Shown here: positions 38,343-53,400 of the stretch, piece by piece
Layout of the letters: every line of letters begins with the position of its first letter
How positions within the stretch are numbered: position 1 is the stretch's first letter
Source: Girardia tigrina
Taxonomy: Eukaryota
DNA length: 61,498 nt
Direction: 5' to 3'
Assembly (NCBI GenBank): GCA_001938485.1
Contig: MQRK01185218.1
Location: 33,482-94,979 of the forward strand
Translations under genes and position numbers: made by a program
Notes under the pieces: model-generated
Told to the model about the DNA's origin: nothing
Databases searched by the model: none
What the model saw: the letters and a program-made list of their open reading frames with translations, nothing else

Positions 38343-40338
38343 GAATAAATTTTTGATAAAGCGCTTTTTAAAAATTTTTTAATAGAGAACATGTTTCGAT
38401 CAGCAGTGACCATCATCATCTGTTAATTAGTGTTTGATGTAATCGGTTAAATGTTAACAAAAATGAAATTAATATTTTGGAAATAAGTTAATTAAACATA
38501 ATTTTGTCGCTGCCCTACTCAACCCATATGGATATTAATCAATGGGTTAGTGTTTGTTAAACATTGATTGTCAATATAACCTCTCTTAATGTGAATCAAA
38601 GTTAATTTAAATAATAGATAACTCATTTTTTGAATAATATTTTTAATACAATTACAACATTATTTTTGTTAACATTTAACCAACTAAATCAAACACTATT
38701 AAACACTAATTAATAGCTGATGATGGTAAATGCTAATCGAAACATGCTCTATATTAGCAATTTTTTAAAAAGCGCTTTTTCAAATATTTATTAGAATAAT
38801 ATCAATCGAAGGTGAAAGAATAATTAATATTCGTGATTCGTGAATTGAAGAACAATTTTCAAAGATCATCCTCAACTATGGGAAAACTCGAAATTTGAGT
38901 CGGAAGCCATTCATTCATGAACTGATCCATGTACACGTTTGCTCCAAAGCCCATTTTATAAACAATTTTGATAAAGAATTGTTATAAGAGAAGAAAAGTG
39001 AATATATTTCCAATACACAACAATCCATTGGTTAGATGCTGAAAAACATTTTAGATCTGTTGTCAAACGAGTTAGATTTGAAAATCCAATATTGTCATAA
39101 TTACAGTGGAGTTATGAAACCCAATGCACTACGGATTTATTCCAGATGACCAAGATTTGAATGCTGAACTCCACTGTTCCAAACTCGAGAGAATAAATAA
39201 TGTTCTAGTTCGACGTTGCTCTAATCTGACCGAGCAAAAATTGACCTTTTGGCCATAATAAATCATAAGATTCAACAACTTTTATATATTGTCTATAGTC
39301 CAACTCTTTCACCATCAAACCATTATATTTGCCACTCAAATGTACAAGAATGAGGTTCTAAATTATTTTTCTATAAAAGCTAGTATCATCATGGAATCCA
39401 AGAATAGACAGAGAGATGGGCTAGGACTGTAGATCATCATGGTTTGTATTTTAAAAATGAGATTAATGGATTTTCTTTGTTCTTCAAACCTTTATGTAAT
39501 AAATTTTATAATAAATCATTTAGTTTTTATTGAATGCAGCATTCCTTATAACTTAGCATAATGCGTTGTAAAAGTATTCCATATAAAAATATAAATAATG
39601 TAAAAAAGTTTTATGTTTTCAAAAATCTTAATTTTGATATAAATATCTTCTAAATGTCATGATAATGATTAAAAAAATCAAAATTGCTTAAAATATATTT
39701 TAAAAAATCTAAATTTAATTAATATTATTTATTTTTAAAATATGTTTATCAATAACTTTGATTTGTGTATTAAACATATTACTATCATTTTCACAATTTA
39801 TTTATAATGATGATCATGGTCATAACTATTATGATCATATATATTATATATTTATAAAATATTAGCACATTGTTGACCGGCAATTTTACACTGAATTTAT
39901 CACATATAACCGGCTATTATTTTTTTATAATAAAAGGGACACGTATAAACACGATCAACAACGCTTTTGCAGTATTCTATATTGATCTGGGTTTCATAAA
40001 TTGAAATAGCTAATGCAAATGCAAAACACGAATTAACTCGTGATGGGTCAACAATGTTTTAATAATAAACAATAGACGAAATTCGATTCCTATTTCTAGG
40101 TTATATTATTGCAAATCCGATAATATAAACCAGTGATTAATATCCAAAATCGGGAAAGTAAAGCCGCCTTGATATGAAATATTTTCAATTCATTTTTAAC
40201 AATAAGAAATAATAATTAATATTATTATCTAATAAATTTAGATCGTGATAAAATTTATTATAAAGCTGATTTATTTTTCTAATTGATTGATTGTTCCAGA
40301 TGATCAATGAAATATGTTGAACGATTGTGTTTTATTAT

Positions 40339-40388
<50 letters not shown>

Positions 40389-43300
40389 ATATTGGACAAG
40401 AATAATGATCACCATAAACGGATAGACATAAGTACATCAAATGATAACATTATTATCTTCACAAAACTTCATATGAAATAGTTTTTCAAGAAATAAAATT
40501 AATGGAAATCATTCTTGCGAGGTTTCTATCCAGTTAATTTGCAAAATAGTGAAAGGAAAGACCGGATAAAATAGTGTCATTGAACGGTAACCTGTCGCGA
40601 GCATCGCAGCTCTCCTCAACAAGCGTCTGCAGTCCGCATTGCATGAACACTGCAACAGCATCATCAGCAAATAAAGCCGTTCGTGTCGTAATTAATCGAT
40701 ATCAGCGGTGGTGGGCAGTGTGCACAGTTTATAGCACAAGTTATATGATCGATTGGAGATGAGACACGCTACTGAAATAAGTTCTATTTGTTTATTAATA
40801 ACTTGCTAATGTTTATCGATAAACAATCCATTCTTCATACGGAACATCTCATTGATTTCTATTTCTTGTGTATGTGTGTCAATATGTGTGTTTGTCTGTG
40901 AATGTATGTACGTGAATGTAAGTGTGTTGGGTTATGATTTCATGTAGAAACAGTCGTATATTTCTATAAAAACAAGCAGCAATGACTCACGATTGTTTGA
41001 TGAACCAAGTTGATTGAGAGCCTGGAACATCTGCATGTATGCTAATTGGTCTACAGTTAACTGATTCGTAGCAGTTGATGGAGCACTGATTCCAGTTGTT
41101 GTGGTATTCTGGTGTCGCATCTGCTGTTGTCCGTACTGCTGAGAACCGGTCGTCGGGGCTGTTCGGCCGGTGTTGTTGACCGTTGAGACTGTATTCGAGG
41201 TTCGGTGTGACGGACGACCCTGCGATTGGGATGCTGTAACGGTGCTTGAGGGAGTCTGATGATGGTGTCCGGTCGTTGATGTCCGAGTTCCAGTTTGTGC
41301 AGTTGTTGTATTGGGGCGCGCATTTGTAGCACTCATTGCCAATAGTTTTTTCTCTTGTTCTTTACGGAATAATTCAAATTTCTTTGGGCTGTCTAACATG
41401 TCTTTGTAATCACGATCCAAATCGCGTTCCTATAAATGATCAATTTGTTAATTCCCAGAAAATAATATTTTTTAATTTTTTTTTCAAGAAATATTTTTTT
41501 TAATCAGTGAGTGTTGGTAGGTTCTGTAACAAACATTTACACATTTTTAATTAAAAATAATATTATTGAATTGGTTTTTTAACTTTTCAAATTGATCTCG
41601 ATATCCGATAAAAATACCAAAAAATTGTTATAAATATTTTAGAAAATAATTGTATCTTAATTATGTATACACAGTGTTTCAGATTTTAGATGCAAATAAA
41701 AATTTTATTATATTATGCGATATTTTATATTTTAGGTGAAGAATAAATTTTGATTATTTCTCTATGAAAATTCAAAACGTCGCTATGTAGCATCAAAGAC
41801 AGATTCATATAAGCGAGACATATTATGAGAAGAAATCTCTTATTTTGGCGCAAAGTTCCTGACAAAAAAACAATCAACTCCCAATTAGAAAAAAACTTAT
41901 TAATTTACACAAAAAGTTCGAATTTATTGGAGAAGTACTCAATATACATAAAGAATGAAGTCCAAAAACAGCGAATATGTCTAAAAATCTTGAAACGACT
42001 GGATCAATCATTGGTCGACAACTGGCTAACTCATTTAGAAGATTGCTTAACCAGCTACCTGAAATTTCAAATAGGAATGTTTTTAAATACGTAAACAGGT
42101 CTTACAATTTCAATCTTTCAATCCTCGTTTGATTCTTCTATTTTTACAGGAGTGAATTCTGTGAAGCGTTAACAGAACATTACACTGATGAAAAATGTCT
42201 GATCGAATGCATTTTATGAATTGCCCGCACCAAAACCAAAGAGGGTCATATTTCCAGATAAGAGATTTGATATTTATCAAAGAAATAATTGATTTTTTAT
42301 GGAACCACTAATTTGCCGCTAAATTATCTTGAAATATTAGATAACCTCTTCTGTCCCTACCTAAGGGAAAAGAATTTGGGCGAATCGTAATTCATACAAG
42401 ATGGGGTCCCAGCACAGTTTGGCAATCAAGTTACAACTTAGTTAAATATTAATTTCAGTAGAAGATCAGTTGAATGAAGAGAACTTATCTGGTGGCCTCC
42501 TAGATCACCTGATATGACCTCATATGATTTTTATTTATTTAGTTGCCTAAAACATCTGTTTTAAAGAAAAAATGGTAGGAGATTTGTCAGAACTGAAAGT
42601 AAATATTAAACATTCTAAGAAATCCCGTCAAAACAGCTGATTAGAAAATGATTTATGTCAAAGACAATGGTCTAATTTGCTTTGAAAGTTTCGGTTTTTA
42701 ATTCGAATATTTGGTAAAATTTTCATAAAAATAAAAAACAAGTTTTTTCACTATAAAATTTGATAATAATATTTTTAGTTTTTAGAATCATATCCTTATT
42801 TTTGAAGCAACTATAAATTAAATAATGGCCTTTATATTTACCGTATTAACTCGAATATAAGACAAATTAGTGTTTTAGGTATACAAAAATGTACAAAATA
42901 AACAATATTTAACAAATTATGTTTAAAAAAAAGAAATTTTACAAGTTATAAATAATTTAATTGTTATCGTGACATTTATCATAAACATTGAGTATGGTAA
43001 AAATGACAGAGATGGTTTCATTACTGATAAGGAAATGGTAAAAGAAATATCTAATTGACTATGTAATAATTGAGTAAGATGAAATAAAATTAATATTTAT
43101 TTTGTCCAAAACTATTTTGGGACGGACTCATTCATAATAATTAAATATTCTATGTCATAAAGAATGAATTTTTTAATTAATAATATTCACAAAAACAATG
43201 GTAGCGATATTATCAACTTTCAAAAATTTGACGGGCTTAAGAAAAGCTGTTAGAAATTGTGATAAATATTTATCAAGATGAAGAAACAGGAAAAATAAAT

Positions 43301-46300
43301 CATATTCTACGATAAATAGAGAATTGTTAGCAGGTTAAATTCACAGGTCGACGCCGGTGATCCGGTAATTGAAATAAATATCTTTAGGTACAATTATTAG
43401 ATGCTTACAAATCTTAGATGCTTATAATATTTTATTAGAAGAAGAAAGTCTATTCGAATGGTAAATATTCAGTGGAAGATAATATTGAATTTTTACTTAA
43501 ACAAATATTCACAATTAAAAAAGTACAAAATAATTGATTGTATGGAAATATAATTTTCGACATAAGAAAGTGTTGAGTGTTGTAAACGCCAATTTGATAT
43601 TATTGCAATATAATTTAGTTAAAGCAAATTGTAAAATATAATAATTGTACAAAACTTAGCCATTGACCACTTAATACTCGGATTATTTTTTACAAAAATA
43701 GTAATAAGTTTAAAAATAATGTCAATCAAATAAAATTTCATAATTTGTTAATATAAAACAAACCAAGATTAAAAAAGACATACCGAAGTTATACCTTTAT
43801 GGATCGTATACATGCAGACAAGTCGAAACTCGGGGACAACGTTCGTGTTAAGGCTATTCGATATGTACAAAGCGTGCGAGTGCCACTCGTTCAAAATTGA
43901 GCATTTCAAAAATATTTTAACAAAATATAATTAAGTTTGTTATATTAGCACTTTCTGTCTTTTTTAAATTTTTCAAAGTTATCATTGTTGATGGTGATGT
44001 ATGAAACATCGAAAACTGAACAATGATTATATTTAAAAACGAGCTTTAACCCTTTCAACACGATTTTTTTTATTTCAGTAATCCATTATATATTATAGTC
44101 CAAAATATTTTTTCCAACTTATTTTGACTAATTTGATCATACTCATTGATTTCAAAAAATTATTCAATCTAGTCAAAATAAATTAGAAAAAAATATTTTA
44201 GACTATAATATGACATGGATTACTGAAATAAAAAGAATCGTTTTGACATGGTTAAGTAAATTATATTGCAGCAATTATTAGTATGTACATCTCTTATATA
44301 ACTCTGTGTAAGCATGGACATGATTTCAAAAGATCATGAGACCTTAACAGCAATATTTTTATTAGATTTGACGATCATTTTAAAATCATTACAGCTCTAT
44401 TAAATTTTAAACTTTTTTATTAAAAAAAGCGTCTTGTGAAAATATTTGTCATGATGATTTCATTCGAATATCAATCACGTTATATTTGAAAAATAACGAC
44501 AATCTTCTGTTCTTTTGCTTTCGAATTCTTAAATCGTAAATAACCGTACAACTGAAATAGTGTCAATTTAACATTTAATTATAAATCTAATTAGTTCAGA
44601 TCATTTCTCTATTACCGTTGATTATTCTACAATGTCGTGTATTCATTTTAATGCTCGTTTGTACGTTATTTGATTATAATTTCATTGATATCACTCTTGT
44701 CGATCTATTTAAGCCCCAAAGTCCCATAGAATTTACTATAGTCAACAAAACATATCGCTTGTGTGTAATTGAAGAGGATAATTATATGAACTGCTATCTC
44801 TTAATATCCGCATTTATCCATGGAAACTGGACATACAGATTCTACATGTCCACAAATGTCAGCGGTGGAACAGCCAAGTCTGATATTGGAAATACTATTC
44901 CAATACTATTATTTGCCATTACTAAAATTATTGAATTTTTTTACCTTTAAGAAATATTTTTTTATTATTAATCTAGACATAATTAAAATAAATTTGAACT
45001 TGTTCATATCACATTTTACTGTAATTTATGAAATGGATTCCACTTATAAATACCGAAGTTTCTATTTTATATTAATTTATTTTATAATAAATATAAATAA
45101 ATTATCAAAATCACTTTTATGTAACGATTTCGTTTTTGAAAGATTGAAATCGATTACAAATTTTACCAAATTAAATAATTTCAGAAATGTCATAGAACAT
45201 TCGTTTTCTGAACCCCAACTTACAGTATGGTCATAAGTAGTTACAAGCAACTTCAGACCTAAATAAGCTCTTGAAATAAGTGCAAAACATGAAATTCCCA
45301 CTTCAAAACAATTTTTAGTTTTCGTTATGATAAGATAAATAAATTCTTTTTGTTTATTATATTATAAACTCATACTTTATTAGTATGTTTTAATTCATTT
45401 TTAATGTTTCTATTCACAAATTTTTCATTTATTATTTATTAATGTTCTTTAACAACATAAATTTGTATAATCATGACAAAAATATTGAAAAAAAAACTTG
45501 GTTTTAATGAATTTAATTTAAAAATTCAACAATATTATTATAAACTTTTTCATTTGTTGCAATGAAATTTAAAAAAACAAAAATGTATATTAAAGACAAC
45601 GAAAATAAGTATCGAGGCGGCCACTAAGAATGGGAGATCTGAACCGATACTTGCAAGTAAACGAGGAAATATATTCGATTTTGAAATTCGATCTGACTAA
45701 CAATTATCAATTGCATTCAGTCGCTGACATTCGGTCAGTGGGCATATTATTCACATTTCACGACTTTTCTCCCAGACTGAATATCATAAAGTCGCTTGAA
45801 ATGGTATATGATGTCATACATCGGGAAAACTATCCCAGGTGCAATTACTTAATCCTATCTTAACTATTTCACGACAAAGACCTTAAATATTATAGGCCAC
45901 ACCCTCGTTTCGAATCAATTTATTCGATTTGAAAAAAAAGCACATGAAAACAAGCTATACGAAAATCTTTCTGTTCCAGTGAATCATATTTTCAACCCTA
46001 ATACAAGGTATGCAAGTGTAAATAGCCAAGTTGTATTATTTAATTTATCTGATAATTCAAATTTATGATCAATAAAATATGCCAACAGTTCCTTTCGCAA
46101 TTCAAATATTCGTACAAGAATTTTACCACGTGATAACCCTCTAACTTTCGTATGAAGAAGTAAAGTGGTGTGGATGCTACCCATATCTACGCACATAGCT
46201 ATAAAAATACGTGATTGCAATGGTTTACTTTTAATAAAAATAATAATCTTAACTGCTTCGTCTAGCACAGATTTTAATGTCACTGAAATCCTTTTTGTTA

Positions 46301-47399
46301 CAAATGCAAATCTGTGTAGAATGCAAAGAGTACTGTTACATTTTTTTTGCAACATTTTCAATCCGTGCTAAAGCACCTCCCACTTTTCCCGTAATTGCAC
46401 TTGCTCCATCACTGCATACATCAACACATTTTTCCCAGTTAATTTTATGCGTTGTCATAAAATTATCAATGCAGTTAAATATATTCTACCGCGTGGTGTT
46501 AATTTTTTTTATTTAATAAAATTTGCCACACGGAACCCTTAAATTTTTTCATGGAACCCCTGGGTTCCGCGGAACACACTTTGGGAATCACTGTTCTAAA
46601 GTATCCTTATATACCTGACATAAGCACAATAGGAGAGAATCTAAATTTTGTGAACTCGAGTAAAGATAAGGAGTTATTTGGGACCGAGAAAACTACCTCT
46701 TTATAGCTAGAATATTTAAACGCTGTTGCTTTAATCAGCTTTCATGTTAGCGGGAATACCATTTCATTACATTTATGTATATTATGTGCATATACATTAA
46801 AAAAATATTGTTCCTTATAGAGAATTACATCTTATAAAGAGGGAACTTTATAGAGATTTTACTGTACAGATTAATATTTAAAATAATTTAATTTGTTTGG
46901 AAAAAAAATTAAAATATCATTATCTAACATTTAAATTTAGGAAAATAAAAACGGTAATATATTAAATATTTTAATTAAAATAAAAAATGCAATTGTCTAA
47001 ATAACAGATATTATCTAAAGATGATAATAATCGAGAAAACGATAAATCCATTCAGCAGATTCTACATTATGACTGTAATTTGAAAATAGTATTACGAAAT
47101 ATAAATATTAATTAAATATAATTATACATAAATTGCATTAAAGAAAATCATTATTGCTCTTCAAGACTCGTAATGGAGTTTTGTAAATTGACTCGAAATA
47201 GAATTACTACAATTAAATGCACATCATTAAACATAAATATATAATCCATTAGACTTTTCTTAATAAATTGCTTCTTTATTCGTAATAAAATATAATTAAT
47301 TCTCCATTTATTTAAAGAGAAAAAAACTGTCTCTGCAAGAAACAGTCTAGGAGAATATTTTTCTAATTAATTTACAATTCATAAATTATAAAAATACAC

Positions 47400-47434
<35 letters not shown>

Positions 47435-50400
47435 ATTAAATTTTATTTTATATGTTAAATAAAAATAACAAGCAAATAATATAAATCTAAAAAAATCAAA
47501 ATTTATTTATCAGAAAATATTAGTTAAATATTGGGATAAATTAGAGGAATTGAAAATAAAAAAATGATTTTAAAATTACAATCTCACCTGATCTTGATAT
47601 TTTTTAAGAACAAGACGGATCTTGTCCTGGTAATCGTTCTGAAGGGCCCGCCGATAGTTTTCTCCACAACAAGATTCACACACAACTTTACTACTACCCG
47701 GGCGTTCTCTTTTCCAAAGGGGAGTGAAATCTGTTCCACATTGAACACAATTGAAAGGGGTAAAAACCATTCGTACTTCATTTGTATTGTGACCCAATGC
47801 CAAATTACGATATTCCTAAAAAAATTGGTATTAATTAAATCTGTCCCAAAACTAAAATCAATTCTAATAATTCATAAACAATGGCAAATCTTTCAAATAT
47901 TCGAAAATAATAAATTTCTCTGACCCAAATTGACGTTTTTTGATAAATTCTAGGATTAATTTAACTATTATATCTCATTGTTGAATGAATAGTTCTAATA
48001 GTTTATAATATTAAACGTCATAATTTACGATTTTTTCAAGATTTTTAAATACCTCTACTAAATCAATAATAAACAAATTTTAACAACTCGCAATTAGTAC
48101 ACTAAAAATTTTATGAGAAAACACGGTTCCATTCTGTTTTAATAACTATAGAACTCTCGATTTCCGGGTGATATGGAGGAGATTCTTTTATTAATTTTTT
48201 CATCAGCTGTAAAGACCATTAAATCGAGAGGATTTAAAAAGAATGGTATGCATTTTGAATTTCGAAAAAAAATTGATGAGTTTGTGCCATGTGATATCAA
48301 TTAACCCTAATTACCCTGGGATGAGTCTTCGCAAACTCATTTCGAAATTATCTTTTTTATTTGTTTTTATTTTTTTCCACAAATATTTTGAAATTTTCAA
48401 TATTTTTGTATCAATTTAATTTTTCAAATATATGAATTTCATATATTTTCTGTGTTAATTTTACTATGAGTCTAAAAGACTCATCGTAGGGTGTTACGCA
48501 TGTAAAATAATATGTTTAATAAAAATACATTGAATTAGAGGATTATTTTCGTTTATTATATACTTGTGTCGATTTTATCTTTAATTGTTACTGTGGATAT
48601 TCAATGGATATTTAAAGAATACGAATAAGAAATAAACTAATAAAAATAATTACTATTTTATTAAAATTAACGCTGCATTTTGTTGATGTAAAAATAAATG
48701 ATAGAATAATGTGGATTGTCAAAAAAATCGGTTTTTTTCTAGATAATTGTAAATTACCACTGGAATATTAATTGGGAAAATTTTAAGCTGCAGAACACGA
48801 CTATCGCAATAGTATTTTTGATAAATGTATTCTGTAACCTAACATTATGTGTGTCATGCATATAAAAATATTAAATAAATAGTTATTTTAATATCGCATA
48901 TAATATTAATTGAGAAATCTTCAAAAAATAACTATTTCTACTTATTTAAAAAAAATTGAAAATATTTTTCATAAATTATTTTTTTGTTAATTTTGACAAA
49001 TTTAATTAACTTCAGTTGTTGTGATTATGTAATCATTTGCGTCATAAATTTTTATTTGAAGATGTTCAGTTATAAGTTGAGTGTCAAGCTTAGATATGAA
49101 TTTTAGGAATATTCGATCTGTGTAATGAACTTAAAAATAATTTGAAGTGTTGCACAGGGCCTTATTAATGGATCTGAAAATCAATATTCAACTTCCCAAT
49201 CAACTTCTCTGCTAAATATTTTCAAATAGATTCTGGCTACAAAATTTATTAGGTAATCACAGCTTTCATATTTTTTTTTCAACAAACTTACGTTAATTCG
49301 GTCTAACGGCTCTATGTCGTTCATCGAAATAAGTTACAATATAAATTATGAAAAATGGCATTCTATTCGTTTAATATTAAACGGATTATTGTTTTCAAAT
49401 TCCTTATGCTATTTTCCTTGAATAGATATCGGGGATGTTTATTAAATAAATCGACCATCATTATGTCTGCGTGTATCTCTAAAGAAGTATTATCGAACAA
49501 AGAAGCGGTTGTCGTGGCAACAAGCATAACACATCTCATAATTTATCATACATAAATGACTTTAAAATTCAATGAATCCAGAAAAAAATTTAATGGATAA
49601 AATAATTCCAGTATTTTTTCATTATTTATGTTATAATAATTGTTAATATCTGATTAAATAATTAATGAATTTAATTTTTGGTAATTTTTTAGAAAGGTTA
49701 GTTTTATAGTTAAAAAACTACGTTTTTTAAAAATTATTTTATTAATTAATTTCAGTGAATTTCCTCTAATAATTAGATTAAATGGATATTAGTTTAATGA
49801 TGATTGCGGAATCACATTCATGCAAGAAAAACTTTTAAAATACAATTTTTTTTCAAAAATTACATTACTTATGTTTTGTAGTAATTAATTAAAATATAAA
49901 GTCTAAGATTCTGGATATTCCAAGAATGAAGGCTTAAAGAAACAAACGGTTTGACTAAGATAGATTATTGTATACCAAGATATCTTAATAAAGTTTTTGT
50001 CTTTGCTCATTCAAATCAATCATAAAATAAGATTATATTCGAAGATTTCTATCGAATCTGTTAATAATTTCAAAAACCTTCAAGAGAATACATAAATTTA
50101 CAAATGTAATAAATAAGAATTACTGATCAATCATATATTGAAAAATTGACTCTTCAAATGTTAGATAAAGTAATAAGTGAATCAATTAACTGTTACAATA
50201 ATGTGAGAATAGCATCATCACACTACGACCCCTAATATCAATTAAAATCCATCTGAATATTATATATTTTATCATTTCGTTATTCAAAGAGTTTTTAACA
50301 TTTTCAACCATCAATTTTGAAAAACGTAATTCGAATCACGATTCACTTAAAAATGATTTCTCAATCTTATAAAATTTATGATATATTTAATAAAAATCCC

Positions 50401-53400
50401 CCATGTCTTTCGATTAGTGCTTTGATATTGTTTATAAATACACTTAGATTGAGTGCAATGCCCCATACATCGGAGAGACATTCCATCATTTGTACAAACG
50501 GATCTCAGACTATAGTCGATTTGACAATGAACCATATTGCTGAACATAATTTAAAAGAAATAGATAAAAAAAGATTTTCAAATTCTTTGTAATTGATTTT
50601 TTAATTATTTAGAGTGACGTTTGAGACCTTCGTTAATAAGTTCAATCTATCCGAAATCTTTCATATCTGTGATAAATACCTTCAAATAAAACCTTATGAC
50701 TCGTTTCATTGTGATTTGTTTGTTATTTTAACCCATTTTAGAAGCCGTGAAGTCGTGAAATCTTGATAATAATCATTTACAGTTATCTTTCAAATAAAAA
50801 AATCATTAAATTTAGATAAGAAAGTGATAGTAACATTCATTTTCATTTACGTTGAGAAATAAAATAATACGATAAACACGATAAATTTGCCAGATAAAAT
50901 ATCGAATAATCGGATTATAAGACGCAGGTATATACAGATTGTCTGAAAAAAAATTCAGCACTAAAATTCGGATTGAAAAGGTCAGACGAATTGAAAATGA
51001 TTATTAATATAACAAAAAATAAGCCGTTTCAATTTAGATCTTAATTCTATATAATAATATTTTTATAATATATATTGAAATTTAAGTATTTTTATTCAAT
51101 ATTCAAAATATTTAAATAAGATTTGAATTTTCGTATTTCTAAACAATATTCACAAATCATAATATGGAAATATCAATGAAAACGATTAACTAGCAGTAAC
51201 GTACATAAGGGGGGGGGGGCAGGTTTTGGATTTAATTATTAATTTTGACATTGTTTAATAATAAAATAAGTAATTGAAAGCGGTGTTTAAATTTAGTATT
51301 AATTAAAATTCTTTGGTTTTTTGCGGAATTTTCAAATGAAGAAGCGTACATCTGAGTATCGCAAAATCGATGCTTGTTTTCAAAAAAGTCAAAGCAATCA
51401 ATTGAAGAAGAACCAGTTGAACTCATTGAAATAATTGCTAGCACTTCAAGCTCATGTTTTATAATGCCTAGCAAAGTAGCGTGCATAAGGAGGGGCCAGG
51501 GGGGGCAGGCTACCCTCCAGAACGAAATGGTATGCATGCCCCTGTTCAATAGTCATTATTTTTTTATCTTTGAAAAGTAACTTTTTTAAGATATAACTGA
51601 ATCTAAAATCAATATTAAAATAAATAAATAATCGCAATATCAAACTGAGACATAAAGAATTGAATGATTCTACAAAATTTTCAAATCAAACTAAAAATTG
51701 TTCAGGTAACATTGTAATGTAAACAACATTAAAGCATATTCGAAAACAAGATATAATGAATCACAAATCGAATATTAAAATGTAAATTTATGAAAAATAT
51801 TTGTCTTACAAATTTTATTGAAAAACCAATTTTAGTAATACAATCCGTTTGACAATCAAATCAAGACCATTAGTATCATTTCAATTATCTATTTTCAAAT
51901 ATATTTTACATCACATCAAAAAATCTCTCGTAAATTCAATAAAATAAATTAACATTTCAAAAAAAAAATAAACTTGAACTGATAAAATTTTCTAGATGAG
52001 TATATAAAAACAGAATATGATAATTATTATTATTATCAAAAAAGTGATTAAATAAAAACCAAAAATTGCTTTGTGTTTGTTGTCAAGATATGTAAGAATA
52101 GTAAATGTGTAGGTTAGAAGAGAGGTTATTAGAGACAATATTTTTCTGCTGCGGCTGCTTCAGTTTTTATTATTTGATACGATAGGGCATGGTACATAAA
52201 TAATTATTATCAGACACAACTTCAGCAGAAGATCATGTGACCGATATATCGATTATTTGTCGTAATTAATGACTCTTACTGTATCAATGTGATAATGATA
52301 ACATACAGCGAGAAATGTGGACAAGTCAATTAATGAAAAGAATGAAACATGTTTGTGTGTCGACACACAGACACCGACACACCCGCATTCATACAACACA
52401 TTTCCAAAAATAATTGCAAAGAAACTTCACTAATAATTGAATATGTAATTTTATTTTATATCTACAAAAATTTTCATTTGAGAACATAGGAAAATTCATT
52501 TTCTTTTTTGAAAAAAAAATACAAAAATTATCTTTAATTTTGAGAAATTTATTTATTTAGTTTTCAAATTCGAAAATTTGTATCAAAAAAATTGGGATAA
52601 AATATCACAATTGAATATTTTTTTCGTTTTGTTTTTTTTCCTAACAAAAGAAATCAATTGGAATTTTTTGTTTGAAAATTTGAAAAAAAAGTCTTTTTAA
52701 AATTATCTAATTTTAATCAAAATTTTTCGTTGAATTTGAATTAATTCATAAATTAAAATAAAAAAAAAAGATTGCCAAAATTTTATCTAATTTGATTGCT
52801 CAAATGTGAAAATGAGTAACTCGCGATTTCATTTAGAAAGAGAGAATTCTAAATGAATAGGTTAGAAATAATTTTAAGAAGACTCAAATAACAATTTCTT
52901 CCATTGCTCATTTATTTTAATTTAATGTTCTTCATTCCTGTTAAACTGAGTCGCAATAGGAAAATTCAATACTTTTCTATAAGTACTCAATTTATAAATT
53001 TGATATTATTTTGAGCACATTGTAAATTGTTTCAGATTTACTTTTGTTCGATTTTATTTTACATGTTTCAGTAATTATAAAAACTAAGACTTTAATGGTA
53101 TATGGTTTATTTAGGGGACATGAAGACACTTTTGAATAATATGTATTGTATTTTTTAAAAAATTAAGTTAACAAATATAAACATAAATAATGCATTAACA
53201 AAAAAACTTATTTATGCAATTATTTTTCATATGCGAAAATTAATTTGTACAGTCGTTTAGGGTTATTTCTTGAAACAACTCATCAAAACCTTCGACTATC
53301 TTCTACTAATTTAATTTTAGAAAATCAGTTTTGTATTGAGACAGAATATAAACTACGATAATACATAGGGATAAATTATTCTCCTGAACATATTCCTTTA

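Noticed and set aside
44618-45301. Possible LINE ORF1 zinc-knuckle remnant (CYL../METGHTDSTCP)
   Set aside because: The motif is split across frames and too degenerate to support a call.
48301-48500. Possible piggyBac-type MITE (TTAACCC start, internal ATGAG..CTCAT hairpins)
   Set aside because: The right terminus and TTAA duplication were not convincingly found.
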